In this document: one piece after another, positions 1 through 9,607 of the stretch
How positions within the stretch are numbered: position 1 is the stretch's first letter
Layout of the letters: each line of letters opens with the position of its first letter
Source of the DNA: Deltaproteobacteria bacterium RIFCSPLOWO2_02_FULL_50_16
GTDB taxonomy: Bacteria > UBA10199 > 2-02-FULL-50-16
DNA length: 64,000 nucleotides
Reading direction: 5' to 3'
Assembly (NCBI GenBank): GCA_001798715.1
Contig: MGSF01000022.1
Span: 21,899 to 85,898, forward strand
The notes under the pieces: model-generated
The model's database searches: none
What the model was told of the DNA's origin: nothing
Seen by the model: the letters and a program-made list of their open reading frames with translations, nothing else
Position numbers and translations under genes: made by a program

Positions 1-2674
1 ACCGTCGATCCCTCTGCCTGGAGAGGCGCCTCCTCCCGCACAGCCCCCCCAATTGGGGGGGCCCCCCGCCGTCTCCATGCAACCCTTTCCTCAACCCGCA
101 GCCCCAGGGGCCGTAGTCCCTGAACCTGTCCCCACCCCTCAGATGGGTGCGGATCAACCGACACAACCGCTTCAAACCCCCTTGGCGGCGATACCGACGC
201 CTGGAGGTGGAGGCGCGGGACAGCCCTTGGAGACAGGTCCTGAGACGGCCTTGAGGCCCGTGGACAAGGAAGACGTCAAACAGATTGAAGAAAAGGTTGA
301 AGAAGAGGGTGTTTATTTCAACGTGGCGGATGAAGATATCAATGAGGTCATCAAGCAGATTAGCCGGGCGACGGGGAAAAATTTCATCTTGGGGGACAAG
401 ATCCATGGCAAGATAACGATTATTTCCGACCGAAAGATGACAAAGGAGGAGATTTGGGAGACCTTTTTGTCCGCCCTTGAGGTGGCTGGATATACGACGG
501 TTCAGGGGCCAGCCGGTCTTATCAAGCTCGTTGCCTTGAGGGACGCCTTAAGTAGTCCCATTCCACTTTACAAGGATCAAACCCCTTTTACCGACCAGTT
601 TATCACACGTCTGGTGACGCTCAAAAATATCAGCGCCATCGATATGTCCACGGCCATCAAGGCCCTGGTTTCCAAAGAGGGAAATCTCTTTGCCTATCCC
701 GCGACCAATACCCTCATTGTGACGGATACCGGTACAAATATTAAGCGCATCATTGAACTGGTGGAGCAGTTGGATACAGAGGGTCCCCAGGAGACCCTTC
801 AGATTATTCATATCAAGTATGCGACGGCCAAGGACATTGCGGACAAGATTACCCAGCTTTTTGAGGTTGAAGGCTCATCGGGTGGCGGCCAAGGTCAGCC
901 GGCAAGGGGACGGGGGGCACAACAGGTGCAGCAGTTGTCCGAGGTGCCCCCCATTTCCAAGGTGATCCCCGATGAAAGGACCAATACGATCATCATTTTG
1001 GCCACGAAGGTCACCCTGGCCAAGGTGCGAGAGGTCATTGCCAAACTCGATGTCCTTCCCGAAGGGCTTGAAGAGGGAAGGATCCATGTCCACTATCTCA
1101 AGAATGCCAATGCCAAGGAACTGGCCGACACGCTTTCTCAATTGACTCAAGCCGCCCAATCTCGAAGTCAGCAACAGGGAGCAGCAGGAGCCAAGGCGGG
1201 GAGGGCTGCGGCAGGACAACAAGGAGCTGATATCTTGGTTGCCGAGTTTGAAGGGGGTATCAAGATAACGGCGGATGAAAACACGAATGCCTTGATCATC
1301 ACGGCCAGTTCAAAGGATTATCGTACTTTAGTGGATCGTGTGATTGATAAACTGGATATTCCCAGGCGGCAGGTCTATGTGGAGGCCGTCATCATGGAGC
1401 TCTCGATGGACTCCAGTCGGACCTTGGGGACGGGGGTTGTGGGCGGGAAGACATTTACGGTGGGGGGGGCGGATATCGCTGGCTTTGGAAATACCTTTGG
1501 CTTTCTTGATCCCGCCATTTTGGCCTCGGGTTTTGCCGCCGGGGCTGCCAACACGGGGAATACAGTGGATTTCAATCTCCCCTCTACAGGAGGTACCGCC
1601 TCACAGATCAGCGTCCCGGCCTTCTTGGCGGCGATTGTGGCTGTCCAGGGAGACACCGACATCAATATTTTGTCGACGCCCAATTTATTGACGGTGGATA
1701 ACGAGGAGGCCGAGATTATTGTGGGTCGTGAAGAACCTTTTCCCGTGGGACAGGCCTCCACGACGGGGGGGGTTTTGCAAACCACTTTTGAGAGACAACC
1801 CGTGGCCTTGACCCTTAAACTCACACCGCAGATTAATGAAAGTGATAGTGTGCGGCTTCAAGTGGAGCAATCCGTAGAGGACATCTTGCCCTCTACGGCC
1901 CAAGGTCCCCTGGCCTCGCTTGCGGGTCCCTCAACGAGTACGCGGTCTATCAAGACAACAGTGATTGCAAAGGATAATCAAACTATTGTTATTGGGGGTT
2001 TGATGCAGGATCGCTACACGACCCAGGTCCATAAGGTGCCTTTATTGGGGGATATCCCTATTTTGGGTTATTTATTTAAGTCCAAGACAAAGACAAAGGT
2101 GAAGGCCAATTTGATGGTTTTTTTAACCCCCCACGTCATCAGGGAGGCGAATGATTTTCTCACGATTTTAAAAAGAAAGATTGATGAGAGAAACAATTTT
2201 CTTGATAAGAATTTTTCGAAAAAAGATCGTAAACAAATGAGAGAGGCGATTCGAAATCACGCCGAACATCTTTTGGAATATCATGATCCCATTCAGGCCC
2301 CTTATGATTATTCAGGGCCTCCCACAGGCCAATCCGGTCTTATGGAAATGCAACCTTCTGATGTTGAGGGGACTCCGGGAGCGGCACCTCCCCCTTCTGT
2401 GATTGATCTGGAAAAGGAGATAGATGATGATGTGGATCTGTCCCCCGAATCGGAGCCCGGATATTCAAGACAAAAGGCCTCGGATTATCCTGATTGGAGG
2501 CAGTATTCTGAAGAACCCAATGCCCAGGACGAAGAGCAGCCAAGGAAAAAGAAATCCTCCCAAAAAAGACCAGGACGGTATCAGGCGCCGCCCCCTCCCG
2601 AGAAACCCGCCCTCCCCGAACAGAAGGATTCTGACAAGATCTTGTCGGAAGAAGATATGGATCTCGCCCTCTAA
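1..2674 (+). CDS. gspD: Type II secretion secretin GspD, 5'-partial (frame stays open to the window edge). N0/secretin domains are followed by a ~190-aa acidic, Pro-rich C-terminal tail.
   Basis: Secretin N0-like segment (VYFNVADEDINEVIKQISRATGKNFIL...KITII). Secretin C-domain signature NLMVFLTPHVI. No stop codon upstream of 53 in this frame. Confidence 0.85.
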   Translation, partial: PSIPLPGEAPPPAQPPQLGGPPAVSMQPFPQPAAPGAVVPEPVPTPQMGADQPTQPLQTPLAAIPTPGGGGAGQPLETGPETALRPVDKEDVKQIEEKVEEEGVYFNVADEDINEVIKQISRATGKNFILGDKIHGKITIISDRKMTKEEIWETFLSALEVAGYTTVQGPAGLIKLVALRDALSSPIPLYKDQTPFTDQFITRLVTLKNISAIDMSTAIKALVSKEGNLFAYPATNTLIVTDTGTNIKRIIELVEQLDTEGPQETLQIIHIKYATAKDIADKITQLFEVEGSSGGGQGQPARGRGAQQVQQLSEVPPISKVIPDERTNTIIILATKVTLAKVREVIAKLDVLPEGLEEGRIHVHYLKNANAKELADTLSQLTQAAQSRSQQQGAAGAKAGRAAAGQQGADILVAEFEGGIKITADENTNALIITASSKDYRTLVDRVIDKLDIPRRQVYVEAVIMELSMDSSRTLGTGVVGGKTFTVGGADIAGFGNTFGFLDPAILASGFAAGAANTGNTVDFNLPSTGGTASQISVPAFLAAIVAVQGDTDINILSTPNLLTVDNEEAEIIVGREEPFPVGQASTTGGVLQTTFERQPVALTLKLTPQINESDSVRLQVEQSVEDILPSTAQGPLASLAGPSTSTRSIKTTVIAKDNQTIVIGGLMQDRYTTQVHKVPLLGDIPILGYLFKSKTKTKVKANLMVFLTPHVIREANDFLTILKRKIDERNNFLDKNFSKKDRKQMREAIRNHAEHLLEYHDPIQAPYDYSGPPTGQSGLMEMQPSDVEGTPGAAPPPSVIDLEKEIDDDVDLSPESEPGYSRQKASDYPDWRQYSEEPNAQDEEQPRKKKSSQKRPGRYQAPPPPEKPALPEQKDSDKILSEEDMDLAL

Positions 2675-2716
2675 AATATGTTATAATTCACCGTCTGATT
2701 ATAAGGGGTTATCTTC

Positions 2717-4441
2717 ATGGAAGATCGCAGTCTGGGTGCCATTTTGCTGGAGAATACCAGCCTGACCCAGGAACAACTGGATGCGGGTCTGGCCCTACAG
2801 AAGGATAAAGGGATTCGTTTGGGTGAGGCCCTGGTCCAGTTAAAATATCTTCGTATGGAGGATATCCTCAAGGCGATTTCGATCCAGGTGGGGATTCCCT
2901 ATTTAAATAAGATTGATCCTGACGAAGTCCAGCTTGAGTTGATTGGCAATCTCTCCATCAATTATGCCAAGCGCAATGAAGTGATTCCCTTGAGAAAAGA
3001 GGGTGATGTCATTTCGGTTGCCGTGGCCAACCCCTTTGATCACTGTATCTTGGATGATTTGCGCCTTTTTTACGGGACCCGTATTCGACCTCAGATAGCC
3101 AGTTCTTATGAAATCATTTCTTCCATCAATATCGCCTACAACAAGGTGTCTGAGGTGGGGCAAGATAAGATGGTGGGGGAATTGGAGACGGAAAATCTTG
3201 ATTCGATAGGACAAGAATTGGAAGAAGTTCAGGATCTTTTGGAATCAGCCGATGAGGCCCCCATCATTCGTTTGGTCAATTCCTTGTTGTTTCGCGCCGT
3301 CAAGCAAAAGGCCTCTGATATTCATATTGAACCTTTTGATAAGGACATGATTGTCCGCTTTCGTATCGACGGGATTCTCTATGATATTATGCATCCTCCC
3401 AAGAAGGCCCAGTCCGCAATCACTTCCCGTGTGAAGGTTATGGCGGATCTCAATATTGCCGAAAAGAGACTCCCTCAAGATGGACGCATTCGTATTAAGA
3501 TTGCGGGGAAGGATATTGATATTCGTGTCTCGACGATTCCCACATCCCATGGTGAGTCGGTGGTGATGCGTCTCTTAGATAAGAGCCAGGTGATCAAAGA
3601 CATGGCCTCAATAGGTCTGGCCTCGCGTATTGAAGAACAGATGAAGGAATTAATTCACCGATCTCATGGAATCCTCCTGGTAACAGGGCCGACAGGTAGC
3701 GGAAAAACAACGACATTGTATACAGCCCTGTCGCAGATCAATTCGGTGGATAGGAAGATCATTACCGTTGAAGATCCTGTTGAGTATCAATTGTCGGGGA
3801 TCAATCAAATCCCGGTCAATCCCAAGATTGAGTTGTCCTTTGCCACGGGTTTGAGGGCTATTCTCCGTCAGGATCCCGATGTGGTCATGGTGGGGGAGAT
3901 TCGTGATCATGAGACGGCGGAGATTGCTATTCAGGCGGCCCTGACAGGTCACTTGGTTTTTTCCACTCTGCATACTAATGATGCGGCTTCTTCCATCACG
4001 CGTCTCTTGGACATGGGCATCGAGCCTTTTTTGGTTTCCTCGTCAGTGATTGGGATCATGGCTCAACGTCTGGTGAGGACTGTGTGTCGTAATTGTGCCC
4101 AGAAATATGTGCCGAGTGAGGCAGAACTCCAACAAATGAAAGTTACGCTGGAGGCCCTGAAGGGGCGCAAAATTTATAAGGCCGTCGGTTGTCAGACATG
4201 TGTTCAGACAGGATATGCAGGAAGAACGGGTATTCATGAATTGCTCTTGATGAATGACAATATCCGCGCCTTGATCATGCAGGGGGTGGATGCGAGTACT
4301 ATTAAGAGACAAGTGACTCAGGGTGGAATGAAGACATTGAGGGAAGATGGTGTCCAGAAGGTCTTGATGGGGATCACGACCTTGGAAGAGATTTTTCGTG
4401 TGACCCAGGATGAAGTCGTGACTGAAACAGTAGCCGCATAA
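2717..4441 (+). CDS. gspE: Type II secretion ATPase GspE
   Basis: Walker A GPTGSGKTTT, a GspE N-terminal domain, and a C-terminal tetracysteine (CRNC...CQTC). Confidence 0.9.
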   Translation: MEDRSLGAILLENTSLTQEQLDAGLALQKDKGIRLGEALVQLKYLRMEDILKAISIQVGIPYLNKIDPDEVQLELIGNLSINYAKRNEVIPLRKEGDVISVAVANPFDHCILDDLRLFYGTRIRPQIASSYEIISSINIAYNKVSEVGQDKMVGELETENLDSIGQELEEVQDLLESADEAPIIRLVNSLLFRAVKQKASDIHIEPFDKDMIVRFRIDGILYDIMHPPKKAQSAITSRVKVMADLNIAEKRLPQDGRIRIKIAGKDIDIRVSTIPTSHGESVVMRLLDKSQVIKDMASIGLASRIEEQMKELIHRSHGILLVTGPTGSGKTTTLYTALSQINSVDRKIITVEDPVEYQLSGINQIPVNPKIELSFATGLRAILRQDPDVVMVGEIRDHETAEIAIQAALTGHLVFSTLHTNDAASSITRLLDMGIEPFLVSSSVIGIMAQRLVRTVCRNCAQKYVPSEAELQQMKVTLEALKGRKIYKAVGCQTCVQTGYAGRTGIHELLLMNDNIRALIMQGVDASTIKRQVTQGGMKTLREDGVQKVLMGITTLEEIFRVTQDEVVTETVAA

Positions 4442-4450
4442 TAATGAGTT

Positions 4451-5683
4451 ATGGCAGTTCTAGTTTATAAGGGCATTAATAAAGAAGGTAAGAATGTCAG
4501 TGGCGTGATTGAGGCCGAGAGTGAAAAGGCCGGTCGGATCAAATTGCGCCAAATGGGCATTTTCCCCACCAGTATCAATTCCGAGGGCAAAGGAGGGGGG
4601 GGTGGTTTTAGCCTCAATATGGAGGTTAGTTTTGGGCGGTATTTCCAAAGGGTCAAGGTCAAGGATGTGGCCTTGCTGACCCGGCAGCTCAGCACCTTGA
4701 TTCAGGCCAATATCCCTCTTGTTGATGCCCTGACGGCCCTGATTGATCAAACCGAAAATCCAAAACTTCGACTGGTCATTTCCGATGTCAAGGAAAAGGT
4801 GACCGAAGGTTCTCGCATGGCGGATGCGATGGCCAATCACAAAAAAGTCTTTTCGGAATTGTATGTCAACATGGTGGGGGCGGGTGAGACCTCGGGGGCC
4901 CTCGATGTCGTGATGGATAGGCTGGCTTATTTTACCGAAAACCAGGCCCAATTAAGAAGTAAAATCATGGGGGCCTTGATGTATCCCATCATCATGGCCG
5001 GTGTCGGTTTTGGCTTGGTTGGTTTCTTGATTGTTTATGTTGTTCCCAAGGTGACGAAGATCTTTGATGATGTTCATGCCACATTGCCCTTGCCCACGCA
5101 GATACTGATTGCGATAAGTTCCATTCTGCAAAATTACTGGTATCTCGTCATACTGGGGATCCTATTGGCCGTTTATCTGATCCGGCGCTATTTTAGGACA
5201 CCCGGCGGGATTGCGTTGTTTGACAAGTGGTCCCTTAAGGCCCCCATTTTCGGGCGCCTCTTTCGTATTGTGGCCATTGCCCGGTTTGCACGGACTTTAT
5301 CGACCCTCATGAAAAGTGGTGTCCAACTCCTTAATTCCCTCGATATTGTAAAGAATATAGTCCAAAATACATTGCTGACAGCGGCCATAGAAGAAAGTAA
5401 GGTGAGGGTGCGAGAAGGAGAGAGCCTCGCAGAACCGCTGAAAAGAAGTGGACATTTTCCACCCATGGTCACACATATGATTTCAATTGGCGAAAAAACG
5501 GGGGCCTTGGAGGCCATGTTGGAAAGGATTGCGGATGCCTATGAGATCGAGGTGGATACGACGGTCAGTACTTTGACGACCCTGTTAGAACCTTTGATGA
5601 TTTTGATGATGGGTGGTATAGTCTCTTTTATCGTTATGTCGATCTTGTTGCCAATTTTACAACTTAATCAGTTGGGAGTTTAA
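4451..5683 (+). CDS. gspF: Type II secretion inner-membrane platform protein GspF
   Basis: GspF/PilC-like duplicated domain organisation with three TM segments. Sits directly after gspE. Confidence 0.85.
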   Translation: MAVLVYKGINKEGKNVSGVIEAESEKAGRIKLRQMGIFPTSINSEGKGGGGGFSLNMEVSFGRYFQRVKVKDVALLTRQLSTLIQANIPLVDALTALIDQTENPKLRLVISDVKEKVTEGSRMADAMANHKKVFSELYVNMVGAGETSGALDVVMDRLAYFTENQAQLRSKIMGALMYPIIMAGVGFGLVGFLIVYVVPKVTKIFDDVHATLPLPTQILIAISSILQNYWYLVILGILLAVYLIRRYFRTPGGIALFDKWSLKAPIFGRLFRIVAIARFARTLSTLMKSGVQLLNSLDIVKNIVQNTLLTAAIEESKVRVREGESLAEPLKRSGHFPPMVTHMISIGEKTGALEAMLERIADAYEIEVDTTVSTLTTLLEPLMILMMGGIVSFIVMSILLPILQLNQLGV

Positions 5684-5808
5684 CAGGATGTTGATAAAGG
5701 TCCGTCTACTTCGTTGGCCGCTTCGGTCGCTCCTCGACGTACTTGCTAGTACGCCTGCGTTGCGCCTTCAGCGGCCTGCCTCGTATCCGGACCTTTCTCA
5801 ACATCCTG
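5684..5808 (+). repeat. Structured element bounded by a 21-bp near-perfect inverted repeat, occupying the gspF-gspG intergenic space
   Basis: Arm1 CAGGATGTTGATAAAGGTCCG (5684-5704). Arm2 CGGACCTTTCTCAACATCCTG (5788-5808). 20 of 21 positions complementary. Inner GGCCGCT/AGCGGCC and GTACT/AGTAC stems. Confidence 0.6.
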
Positions 5809-5846
5809 AAAAGTCACTTGGTCAACAGTCTGTTAAAGGAGGAAAT

Positions 5847-6305
5847 ATGTGGAGAAAAATTTTGGCCTCGGAAAGAGGTATGACCTTGATTGAAATCATG
5901 GTGGTGGTGACCATTTTAGGTCTGATCGCTACCATCGTGACGGTGAACGTCTTGGATCGTTTGGAACAGGCAAAGGCCAGTGCCACACTGACTCAAATCA
6001 AAAATCTCGAGACGGCCTTGGATGAGTTTCGCCGTGACAATGGATTTTATCCCGCCACCGAACAGGGTTTGGCAGCCCTTGTTCAAAAGCCGGAGAGCGG
6101 GCGTGTCCCTCATCGGTATCCTCGCAATGGCTATCTCAAGGGAGGGGTTGTTCCTCGCGATTCGTTTGATTGTGATTTTGTCTACTACAGCCCTGGGTTG
6201 CAGGGAAATCCCTATGAAATCACCTCCTTGGGAGCCGACTGTCAGGAAGGTGGTGAGGATGCGGATGCAGATATCCACAGCTACCAGACCACTCGGGAGG
6301 AGTAA
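5847..6305 (+). CDS. gspG: Major pseudopilin GspG. The upstream part of the printed ORF is 5'UTR.
   Basis: Prepilin leader and processing site ...ERGMTLIEIMVVVTILGLIA. Conserved GspG core (LDEFRRDNGFYPATEQGLAALV). AAAGGAGG RBS 6 nt before the ATG at 5847. Confidence 0.85.
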   Translation: MWRKILASERGMTLIEIMVVVTILGLIATIVTVNVLDRLEQAKASATLTQIKNLETALDEFRRDNGFYPATEQGLAALVQKPESGRVPHRYPRNGYLKGGVVPRDSFDCDFVYYSPGLQGNPYEITSLGADCQEGGEDADADIHSYQTTREE

Positions 6306-6318
6306 GAATTTACGGATT

Positions 6319-6918
6319 TTGTCTGAAGGGGGGATGACTTTAATCGAGCTGTTGGTGGGGTTGGCTATTGTGGCCCTGATGCTCGGTATTGTGACGACCT
6401 CCCTTGATGGACTTTTTGAGACCAATTTCAAGAAAACTACGGCCCGTCTTTCCTCTACTTTAAAATATCTCTACAACAAGGCGGTGACGGAACGCCTCTA
6501 TTTGAGGGTCGTCTTTGATCTTGATGAACAGAGTTATTGGGTGGAGTCTACGAGTGAGGTTTATGTCATTAATCCAGAGGTGGCTCAAAAAGCGGCCGAG
6601 GGTGTCAAGGAAGAGGAGGAGGAGCCAGAGACGCCTCCTGAAGATGCCAATTTTTCCAAGGAAGAATCCTATCTCTTAAAACCGGTGAAACTGCCGGAGG
6701 GTATTTTCTTTAAGGATGTTCAAACATCTTATTTGAATCAAAAGGTGGAGTTGGGTCGTGCCTTTCTTTACTTTTTTCCAAATGGATATGCAACCCCTAC
6801 CATGATTAACTTTCGTGATGAAGAGGATGAAATCAATTATTCGCTGGAGGTGAAGCCTTATTCTGGCCGGGTGGTGATCTTTGATGAGTATGCTGATTTG
6901 GAGAAAGAGGCAAAGTAA
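6319..6918 (+). CDS. Minor pseudopilin, GspH-like, with an acidic low-complexity insert (EEEEEPETPPED). Start taken as TTG at 6319.
   Basis: Prepilin-type N-terminus MSEGG|MTLIELLVGLAIVALMLG. Follows gspG. Confidence 0.5.
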   Translation: MSEGGMTLIELLVGLAIVALMLGIVTTSLDGLFETNFKKTTARLSSTLKYLYNKAVTERLYLRVVFDLDEQSYWVESTSEVYVINPEVAQKAAEGVKEEEEEPETPPEDANFSKEESYLLKPVKLPEGIFFKDVQTSYLNQKVELGRAFLYFFPNGYATPTMINFRDEEDEINYSLEVKPYSGRVVIFDEYADLEKEAK

Positions 6919-6954
6919 GAATCAGTGTTTAGAGAGGGCTCAATGGTTTTATTG

Positions 6955-7545
6955 ATGAAGAAAAGCAAAGGTGGTTTTACCCTGATTGAAGTCATGGTGG
7001 CCATTGCTATCTTGGCTGTTTCATTGACGGCCCTGTTTAATTTTCAAAGTAATTCGGTGATTGCCTCCGCCCGTGCTGAAAAAATGGGTATTGCGACGCT
7101 TCTGGCCCGGGAAAAGATGGCCCTTGCCCTGATTGAGCTGGAGGATGCCATCAAGGCGGGTGAATCTCTGGATGAGAAAAGTGAGGAGGGAACCTTTGAT
7201 GACGAGGTTTATCCGGGGTATCGATGGGTACTGACTGTCAGAAAGATTGAGATCCCTCCACCTCCCTTGCCGGAGGGGGGAGAGGTGGATGTTGTTCAGT
7301 CGGTTCTTCAGATGATTACGGAATCGATTTCGGAGGCCATTCGGGAGGTACGGCTCAAGGTATATTGGCGGGAGTTAGAGGATCAGGAGGAAGAGATGGA
7401 AGTGGTGACTCACATGATCCGGAATCGAACGGGGACAGGCAAGCAAACCACTGTGACGTCAGGCAACATTCCAGCTAGCACTCCTCCAGCAAGCACTCCT
7501 GAACCCGCCGAAGAAACGTCTCCTAGGGAAGGCGAAGGTAACTGA
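6955..7545 (+). CDS. Minor pseudopilin, GspI-like, with a Pro/Thr/Ser/Glu-rich C-terminal tail
   Basis: MKKSKGGFTLIEVMVAIAILAV prepilin motif. Position in operon. Confidence 0.5.
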   Translation: MKKSKGGFTLIEVMVAIAILAVSLTALFNFQSNSVIASARAEKMGIATLLAREKMALALIELEDAIKAGESLDEKSEEGTFDDEVYPGYRWVLTVRKIEIPPPPLPEGGEVDVVQSVLQMITESISEAIREVRLKVYWRELEDQEEEMEVVTHMIRNRTGTGKQTTVTSGNIPASTPPASTPEPAEETSPREGEGN

Positions 7546-7550
7546 TACTA

Positions 7551-8249
7551 ATGAGAAACAAAGGTGGCTTTACATTGATCGAAGTGATGGTGGCCGTGGT
7601 TATATTGGCCATGATCACCCTTTTGATTTGGCAGTCCAGTGCCGTGACGATTGTCACGAAGGATCGTTTTGAAAAAGAAGATGATCTCATGCATGAAATG
7701 GCCTTGACGTTGAATCGCATTGCCGACGATCTTTCAATGGCCTTTATATTGGCCCCCACCTCAGAATTTATCGGGAAAAGTCCATCGGGGGAGGTGCTGA
7801 CCAAAACGGAGTTTGTGGGTCAGGACCAAGGAGATCAGGACAAGCTGACATTTAACACCTTTTCAAATGTTCGTTATATTAAGGATACCAAACAATCGGA
7901 TCAGTCTGAAATCACCTATTTTGTTGAGCCACAAGAGGACAATCCTGGACTGTTTAATTTATTAAAACGTCAATCCTCCCCGCTGGACAGTCTTCCGGAG
8001 GAGGGAGGCAAGACACTGATTATGATGGAGGGAATCAAGTCGTTCAATTTGCGGTATTATAGCGAGGGACTCAATGATTGGATTGCCGAATGGAATTCGA
8101 CTTCATTGGAAAATCCTCACAAGATGCCCAAGGCGGTGGAGATCGTCATTACGGTTCCCTATCCCTCGGAAGAGTTAGAGGAAGAAGAAATATTAACATT
8201 TCGGACCGTGGCCTTTTTGGAGATGGCCCCCGGTCCTCATGGATCGTAA
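7551..8249 (+). CDS. Minor pseudopilin, GspJ-like
   Basis: MRNKGGFTLIEVMVAVVILAMI prepilin motif. Size about 230 aa. Confidence 0.55.
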   Translation: MRNKGGFTLIEVMVAVVILAMITLLIWQSSAVTIVTKDRFEKEDDLMHEMALTLNRIADDLSMAFILAPTSEFIGKSPSGEVLTKTEFVGQDQGDQDKLTFNTFSNVRYIKDTKQSDQSEITYFVEPQEDNPGLFNLLKRQSSPLDSLPEEGGKTLIMMEGIKSFNLRYYSEGLNDWIAEWNSTSLENPHKMPKAVEIVITVPYPSEELEEEEILTFRTVAFLEMAPGPHGS

Positions 8250-8257
8250 TTTTACTA

Positions 8258-8310
8258 ATCAGAAACAAAGTAAGATGACCTCTTTCCATAACAAACCCTT
8301 TGTTTCTGAT
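8258..8310. repeat. 13-bp perfect inverted repeat ATCAGAAACAAAG / CTTTGTTTCTGAT with a 27-nt spacer, between gspJ and gspK
   Basis: Read directly from the sequence. Confidence 0.6.
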
Positions 8311-8357
8311 AGTACTAGCCGCCTTTATGTCCAAATACTCATGATCGGCTTAGTAAG

Positions 8358-9590
8358 ATGATGTGGCGAATAATTAAAAGTGAATCTGGTGTGGCCCTGA
8401 TTATGGTCCTTTCGGCCGTGGTGATCCTCTCCACCATCGTTGTGGAATTTGCCTACAATGCACACATATCCTACACCATGGCCGCCAATGAGAGGGATCG
8501 CCTACAATCTTATTACCTGGCCCGGTCGGCATTGAATTTTGCCAAGCTTCAGATTTCACTGGAAAAGGACCTAAGGCAGAGATTCGCCAAGTATTCCAAA
8601 TACTTACAAGGAGTTGTCTCCTCGGATCCCTTCTGTAAACAACTCCCGTTCTCCACCGGATTATTTAGGGGGGTCATGGGCGGGGAGGGGGAGGAGGGAG
8701 GAGAGCCGGCATCAGAATCAGGAGGGGGGCTTTTGGGATTGGGGGTCATGGGATCCATTAATGCAGAGGATTTTTTAAGTTTTGAAGGAGATTTTTCAGT
8801 AGAATGTGATGACGAGCAGGGGAAAATCAATTTGAACTATTTTCGCGATGTTGAGGGAGAGATCAATTCTACCACGGGGAGTAACGCTTATGAGGCCCAT
8901 AAGAAATTGATCCAAAATCTTTTGACTCAGGAGAGTTTTGAAAAGATTTTGGAAAATAAAAAGGATGATATCAAAAAAATAGTCAATAACATCGCTGATT
9001 GGGTCGATTCCAATGACCGCATTAATGAGGCGCCGGGGATTGCAGGGGGCTATGAGGATTCGGAATACGACAAATCAGATTACAAGGTGAAAAATGGGAG
9101 ATTTTTAAGTATAGCCGAATTATTACTTGTCGCAAGAATAGGGGATGATTTGTATAATGCCTTACTGCCGCATGTGACTATTTATGGTGACAATAAATTG
9201 AACCCCTGTATTGCCTCTGATGATATGGTTATATCATTTGTCATGCGTTATTCGGAGGAGGAAGAAAATATTCCTGTCCTTAGCTCCGACAAGGATGAAA
9301 GGGTTCAAAAGATTTTGGATGGGGTTTCTGAAGCCTGCATGAACCCGAGTCCGCAGACCAATGATATTGCCACGGCTATTGTGGATGCCTTGGATGTGGC
9401 GGAGAATGAGGCGGGAAACGCAAAGAGCAATATAGCCACAGAGATGGCAAAGCAGTTGACCACGACCAATCGTTTTTACGGCCTCAACTTGACGGGTTTT
9501 GTCGGGGATATTTCCATGAGGATCAAGGCCGTTTTGGATACGGATGGGGCGATGAATAGTTGGAAATTATTGTATTATCGGGTAGAATAG
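8358..9590 (+). CDS. GspK-like pseudopilin
   Basis: N-terminus SGVALIMVLSAVVILSTIVVEFAY is typical of GspK. About 400 aa. Gly/Glu-rich insert. Confidence 0.6.
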   Translation: MMWRIIKSESGVALIMVLSAVVILSTIVVEFAYNAHISYTMAANERDRLQSYYLARSALNFAKLQISLEKDLRQRFAKYSKYLQGVVSSDPFCKQLPFSTGLFRGVMGGEGEEGGEPASESGGGLLGLGVMGSINAEDFLSFEGDFSVECDDEQGKINLNYFRDVEGEINSTTGSNAYEAHKKLIQNLLTQESFEKILENKKDDIKKIVNNIADWVDSNDRINEAPGIAGGYEDSEYDKSDYKVKNGRFLSIAELLLVARIGDDLYNALLPHVTIYGDNKLNPCIASDDMVISFVMRYSEEEENIPVLSSDKDERVQKILDGVSEACMNPSPQTNDIATAIVDALDVAENEAGNAKSNIATEMAKQLTTTNRFYGLNLTGFVGDISMRIKAVLDTDGAMNSWKLLYYRVE

Positions 9591-9607
9591 GATGGAGAAA
9601 GAAATAC

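Noticed and set aside
548-1903. Multiple antisense and alternate-frame ORFs inside gspD (for example 548-811 minus, 875-1222 minus, 1375-1824 minus)
   Set aside because: They are embedded in a well-supported CDS and have low-complexity, Arg/Pro/Gly-rich products typical of GC-rich frame artefacts. The same applies to the many internal ORFs in thiC, leuS and the lipoprotein gene (61425-61811).
5684-5808. MITE or insertion-element interpretation of the gspF-gspG inverted-repeat element
   Set aside because: No target-site duplication and no second copy found by eye in the window. Kept as a structured-RNA finding instead.
5688-5846. N-terminal extension of the printed gspG ORF (MLIKVRLLRWPLRS...)
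   Set aside because: It lies within the structured intergenic element, has no RBS, and has non-coding-like composition. The true start is at 5847 behind AAAGGAGG.
8078-8334. Small ORFs (66 aa on plus strand, 61 aa on minus strand) spanning the gspJ-gspK spacer
   Set aside because: They overlap the gspJ 3' end and the inverted repeat, have no RBS, and have unconvincing composition. Likely spurious.
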